Source of the DNA: Nemertoderma westbladi
Lineage: Eukaryota; Animalia; Xenacoelomorpha
Assembly: GCA_032718475.1 (NCBI GenBank)
Contig: JAUCBJ010003380.1
Coordinates: 1 to 37,257, forward strand
Direction: 5' to 3'
Length of the DNA: 37,257 nucleotides
A model generated the notes under the pieces. That model did not search any database, had not been told where the DNA came from, and worked only from the letters and a program-made list of their open reading frames with translations. Below, one piece after another: positions 35,001 to 37,257 of this stretch (positions within the stretch are counted from its first letter, which is position 1; each line of letters begins with the position of its first letter). Position numbers and translations under genes: made by a program.

Positions 35001-37096
35001 TCTTAGATGGAGAAGTGAAATTACAGCTCCTAAGGCAGTCCAGAGAGAAGACATTGGAAAACAAGGTAAGTGAGAAACCCGTTTCTAGGAGAAGGGTAAC
35101 ACCAGTATGTTATACCGACGACGGTGAAAGCCAAACTTCTCAAGGAGAGGACAGCGGGAAAGACACTGACAGATCTTATGTCAATAAAATGCCTAAAGAT
35201 CAGGTAAGTAAATCCAAGTCTCGACCCAATGACAGAAGGGAACCGGTACAAAAAACCCCTCCTACGTCTCCTAAAAGAATTCAGGTGAGAAAGCCCGAGG
35301 AAAGAACAAGTGTGCACCACATAGCACAGGTTAAAGTAAGTAACATCAAGCCCAAATGTGTGCTGTGCGACGGGCCCCACCGTTTAAATGCGTGTGATAA
35401 ATTCCTGAGGAAATCACTAAAGGATAGACGTGAAGTCATGTGGGATAAGCGGTTGTGTTATAATTGCCTCAGACGAGGACACCAACGGCGAACCTGTAAC
35501 TCCGACGCAAGGTGTGCAAAGTGCGGCGCAAAACATCATATCTTGTTGCACACGGAATTCGAACGAAACAGCCCGAGTCAGGTAAGTGAGTCCGAACTAC
35601 ATGTCCAATTCAGTGATGTGAACGACACTGATCAATCTGAGATGGAAGGATTCTATACGGACGAGTTCTCCGACCAAAACGAATCCTGTTACCTAATAAA
35701 CACCACCGCAGTGTATCGAGCACTCGTACATGAGAAAGACACAGACAGCGACCTTACCTTAACTACTTCCGATCAACAACCATCTTGGAAAGCGCCAACT
35801 TCCAATATAGGAATCCGAGAGTTTCCTGTGGTGCAGGTAAGGGTGCACGGACCTAAACGGAGTTATGTAGTGAACGCCCTCCTGGACTCCGGCAGCACAG
35901 GAACATTCATCGATAAAGAGCTAGCCGAAGATATATTTGCTGGACAACCCAAGTTCCAAACTAAGCTCAACATGTCAGGCATTATGCAAGTTTGGAAATC
36001 TACAATAACAGCTGATTATTATGTAGGCGCGTTGTCCACCCCACAAGACGAACTAGGAGAACATAGCATAAGGTCAGTGAAAATGGTGGCTATAAAGAAC
36101 TTCGCTACTACTCAAGCAGACCTTTATAATTGGGACGAGGATGAGAGCATCCAACATCTTAACATACCTCGATTCCAGACTGATTATCCTGGAGTGCAAA
36201 TACTCATCGGCCAAAACGCGCATGAGGCGCTGGAGACATTAGAGAAACGACCTGCTCAACCGCAGCCACTACAGACCTATGCGGTAAGAACTAGAGTAGG
36301 TTGGTACCTTACTGGACCTTCCCGTAGAACGCTCAGGGAAAGACTGCTTCAAGATCGCGTCTGCCAGGTGAGTGAATGGGAAGATGATACTAGTGAGGGA
36401 GACGACCCAACTGAGGGAACACCACACTCCTCAGATAATGACAATCTTAGCTCCAATGTAGATCAATGGAGATATTGCCCCAAGAAGTTTAATCCAACGG
36501 ACATCGCTTCCAGAGGAGCAACTCCTCAAGAACTGACAGATACTATAGACCGGTTAGGTGAACCCGACTTCCTGAGTAAGGAGAATGAATGGCCTCCCCA
36601 TCTTACTCCGACTGAGATTAGACCAGCCAAGGGAGCGGAGAAAGTTAAACCTAAAACCCGGACGGGTGGAGCGGAGTTATTTGAACCCGGGATAGATCTG
36701 TCGGTATTGCATATTGCCAGGGACGACGCCGTGGATCTGGACCTCCCCACCGCGAGTGGATCCTTCATGAAGATCAGAGAGAGCGATTGGAGCTCTGGAA
36801 CATCAGACGTCTCGCAGGGACTCTCACCTCTCCTGCAGAGAGCGACGGACCACTATAGCTCCTGGAATCGGCTTTGTGACGCCGTCATATACTTTGAGCG
36901 ATGTTTCTATCGTCACTATTCCAGGACGAAGAGGAAACCTGGAATTGTATTCAGGATGCAGCGACTCAATCACCCAGTCGGTCGTTTGTGTTTATCGGAA
37001 GGGAATGGAGGACTCTCCGGAAACTGTGGAAGGCAAGATTCTCTTCCCACGACCACCTCCCTAATCCTTCAAACATCTAGGGACTCCATAACGTAA
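32054..37096 (+). CDS. BEL/Pao-type Gag-protease polyprotein (1680 aa) lacking RT and integrase core
   Basis: DUF1759-like Gag segment KFNGD..W..F...LSNGEKLRYLIECLEG (34523). Triple Cys/His knuckle CVLC..H..C / CYNC..H..C / CAKC..HH.LLH (35357-35551). Protease ALLDSGS (D at 35885). GWYLTG (36299), WRYCP..NPTDIASRG (36464) and YSSWNRL (36854). Confidence 0.9.
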   Translation: MSDTKQNLSDSLLDVTICDSDRDVQTSGRKSSSPPTVRKVIPPVVITEPRLVQHRRSIIGTRAQVKRDQKAAEQQQPASQELIPQRPSSSSSEDTVELTPESGAEMTDAVYTDPLLILPAAVLAGLLIAVEEHQIDWARSQRSTRDSYAGYTSEELKSIVESQWNFPGPGLPFDLSEAAWEDIHRMGVAKETIDPAVWKRSAAGYAQGFFSSMERVERQLFQQPQGPQEQGSLLYQVRERVLRIRLILSAFEEASKRKQDTSLQVAVKTWFQRVSRQVQGAAQWKAQLEERSTHGESTDATFSQVESEATAEKPHKKDAIDIYLSDYQRFLGDEELRRRLEGLSPNSEGAKLVLDAIDVDRLAANQAKFDEQLRIAREKEEQVRKKRIEDRKTAAATVAAAEAERKAAEAASEAKAAAAAIKAAAAEAKAAAAAVEAERKAAAAEAKAAAAAVEAERKAAAAEAKAVAAEAERKIAVAEAERRASEETTQLELENLQERQDNFNKQLTASNMQMMSRSTPKRQGYTSSEEGDTTDAEGGGNRSRLSRRKRTFHRQKLPDLPPAVRRQLNNTNLGSTEPTDQIIKIERLPTIVDEPERIRPVLEITPSVIDTHVLPETTSKFPLHSTKLPVPRRTAQETVQVLDPERNIHNLSPVVPRPPATTLATPASAVEWVDERRRGMDILLGQMQETVQQFKGTVRESRLELQEVQQSIALERDKLVNTQKGIPPPSVTMCQPVRSEVLHAQGVEPTRIYTASEVETPIVNPIKGNYRPVDNDIPYRTDHNPRNLYTDNSILNSTMAQESFTRQMARTEARQAVKVGEIVKFNGDEMKWLPFNEYYKDNIQNSVLSNGEKLRYLIECLEGSPKLMALKFIGHPDGLRQVWDTLNIRYGNRTNIARYLYAKLMAPRKFLSSGIIEFSDEIQEICRQLDWLGKSHEYQNSMVVGALASTLPKGGVGTRWDKKVLYMMEQQQRDPTMADLMSFLDGEVKLQLLRQSREKTLENKVSEKPVSRRRVTPVCYTDDGESQTSQGEDSGKDTDRSYVNKMPKDQVSKSKSRPNDRREPVQKTPPTSPKRIQVRKPEERTSVHHIAQVKVSNIKPKCVLCDGPHRLNACDKFLRKSLKDRREVMWDKRLCYNCLRRGHQRRTCNSDARCAKCGAKHHILLHTEFERNSPSQVSESELHVQFSDVNDTDQSEMEGFYTDEFSDQNESCYLINTTAVYRALVHEKDTDSDLTLTTSDQQPSWKAPTSNIGIREFPVVQVRVHGPKRSYVVNALLDSGSTGTFIDKELAEDIFAGQPKFQTKLNMSGIMQVWKSTITADYYVGALSTPQDELGEHSIRSVKMVAIKNFATTQADLYNWDEDESIQHLNIPRFQTDYPGVQILIGQNAHEALETLEKRPAQPQPLQTYAVRTRVGWYLTGPSRRTLRERLLQDRVCQVSEWEDDTSEGDDPTEGTPHSSDNDNLSSNVDQWRYCPKKFNPTDIASRGATPQELTDTIDRLGEPDFLSKENEWPPHLTPTEIRPAKGAEKVKPKTRTGGAELFEPGIDLSVLHIARDDAVDLDLPTASGSFMKIRESDWSSGTSDVSQGLSPLLQRATDHYSSWNRLCDAVIYFERCFYRHYSRTKRKPGIVFRMQRLNHPVGRLCLSEGNGGLSGNCGRQDSLPTTTSLILQTSRDSIT

Positions 37097-37257
37097 CAAC
37101 ATATGGAGTGGGTGTGTGACTCTATTATTTTATATTATTTTATTATTTTTATATTTATGTATGTATTACTATGTAATTTTATTATAATCGTTTTATTTAA
37201 TTTAGTAGAATATTATTTAGCGATTATTTTGTAGAATAGTGCAATATATTCGTGTTT

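Noticed and set aside
32008-37064. Short antisense and alternate-frame ORFs overlapping the BEL ORF
   Set aside because: Shadow frames of a long coding region; none shows RT or integrase motifs.

Overview
AT-rich eukaryotic (most likely marine invertebrate) genomic DNA, not prokaryotic. One host gene is present: a six-exon ELOVL fatty-acid elongase (ELOVL4/7-like, + strand, about 3008-15372, 282 aa when spliced by hand). The rest is a layered set of repeats. These include a decayed L2/CR1-group LINE, solo LTRs bounded by target-site duplications (TSDs), a non-autonomous element with a 9-bp TSD (Mutator-like), a fold-back MITE family, Helentron-like elements, tRNA-derived heads and many mini/satellite arrays. 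Two items stand out. (1) A 1680-codon uninterrupted BEL/Pao-type ORF (32054-37096) keeps Gag, zinc knuckles and protease but skips in frame over reverse transcriptase and has no integrase core. (2) An orphan minus-strand ORF (about 16230-18760) becomes one continuous frame once a 770-bp LINE insertion with an 8-bp TSD is removed. Family assignments rest on motif recognition by eye; no searches were run.
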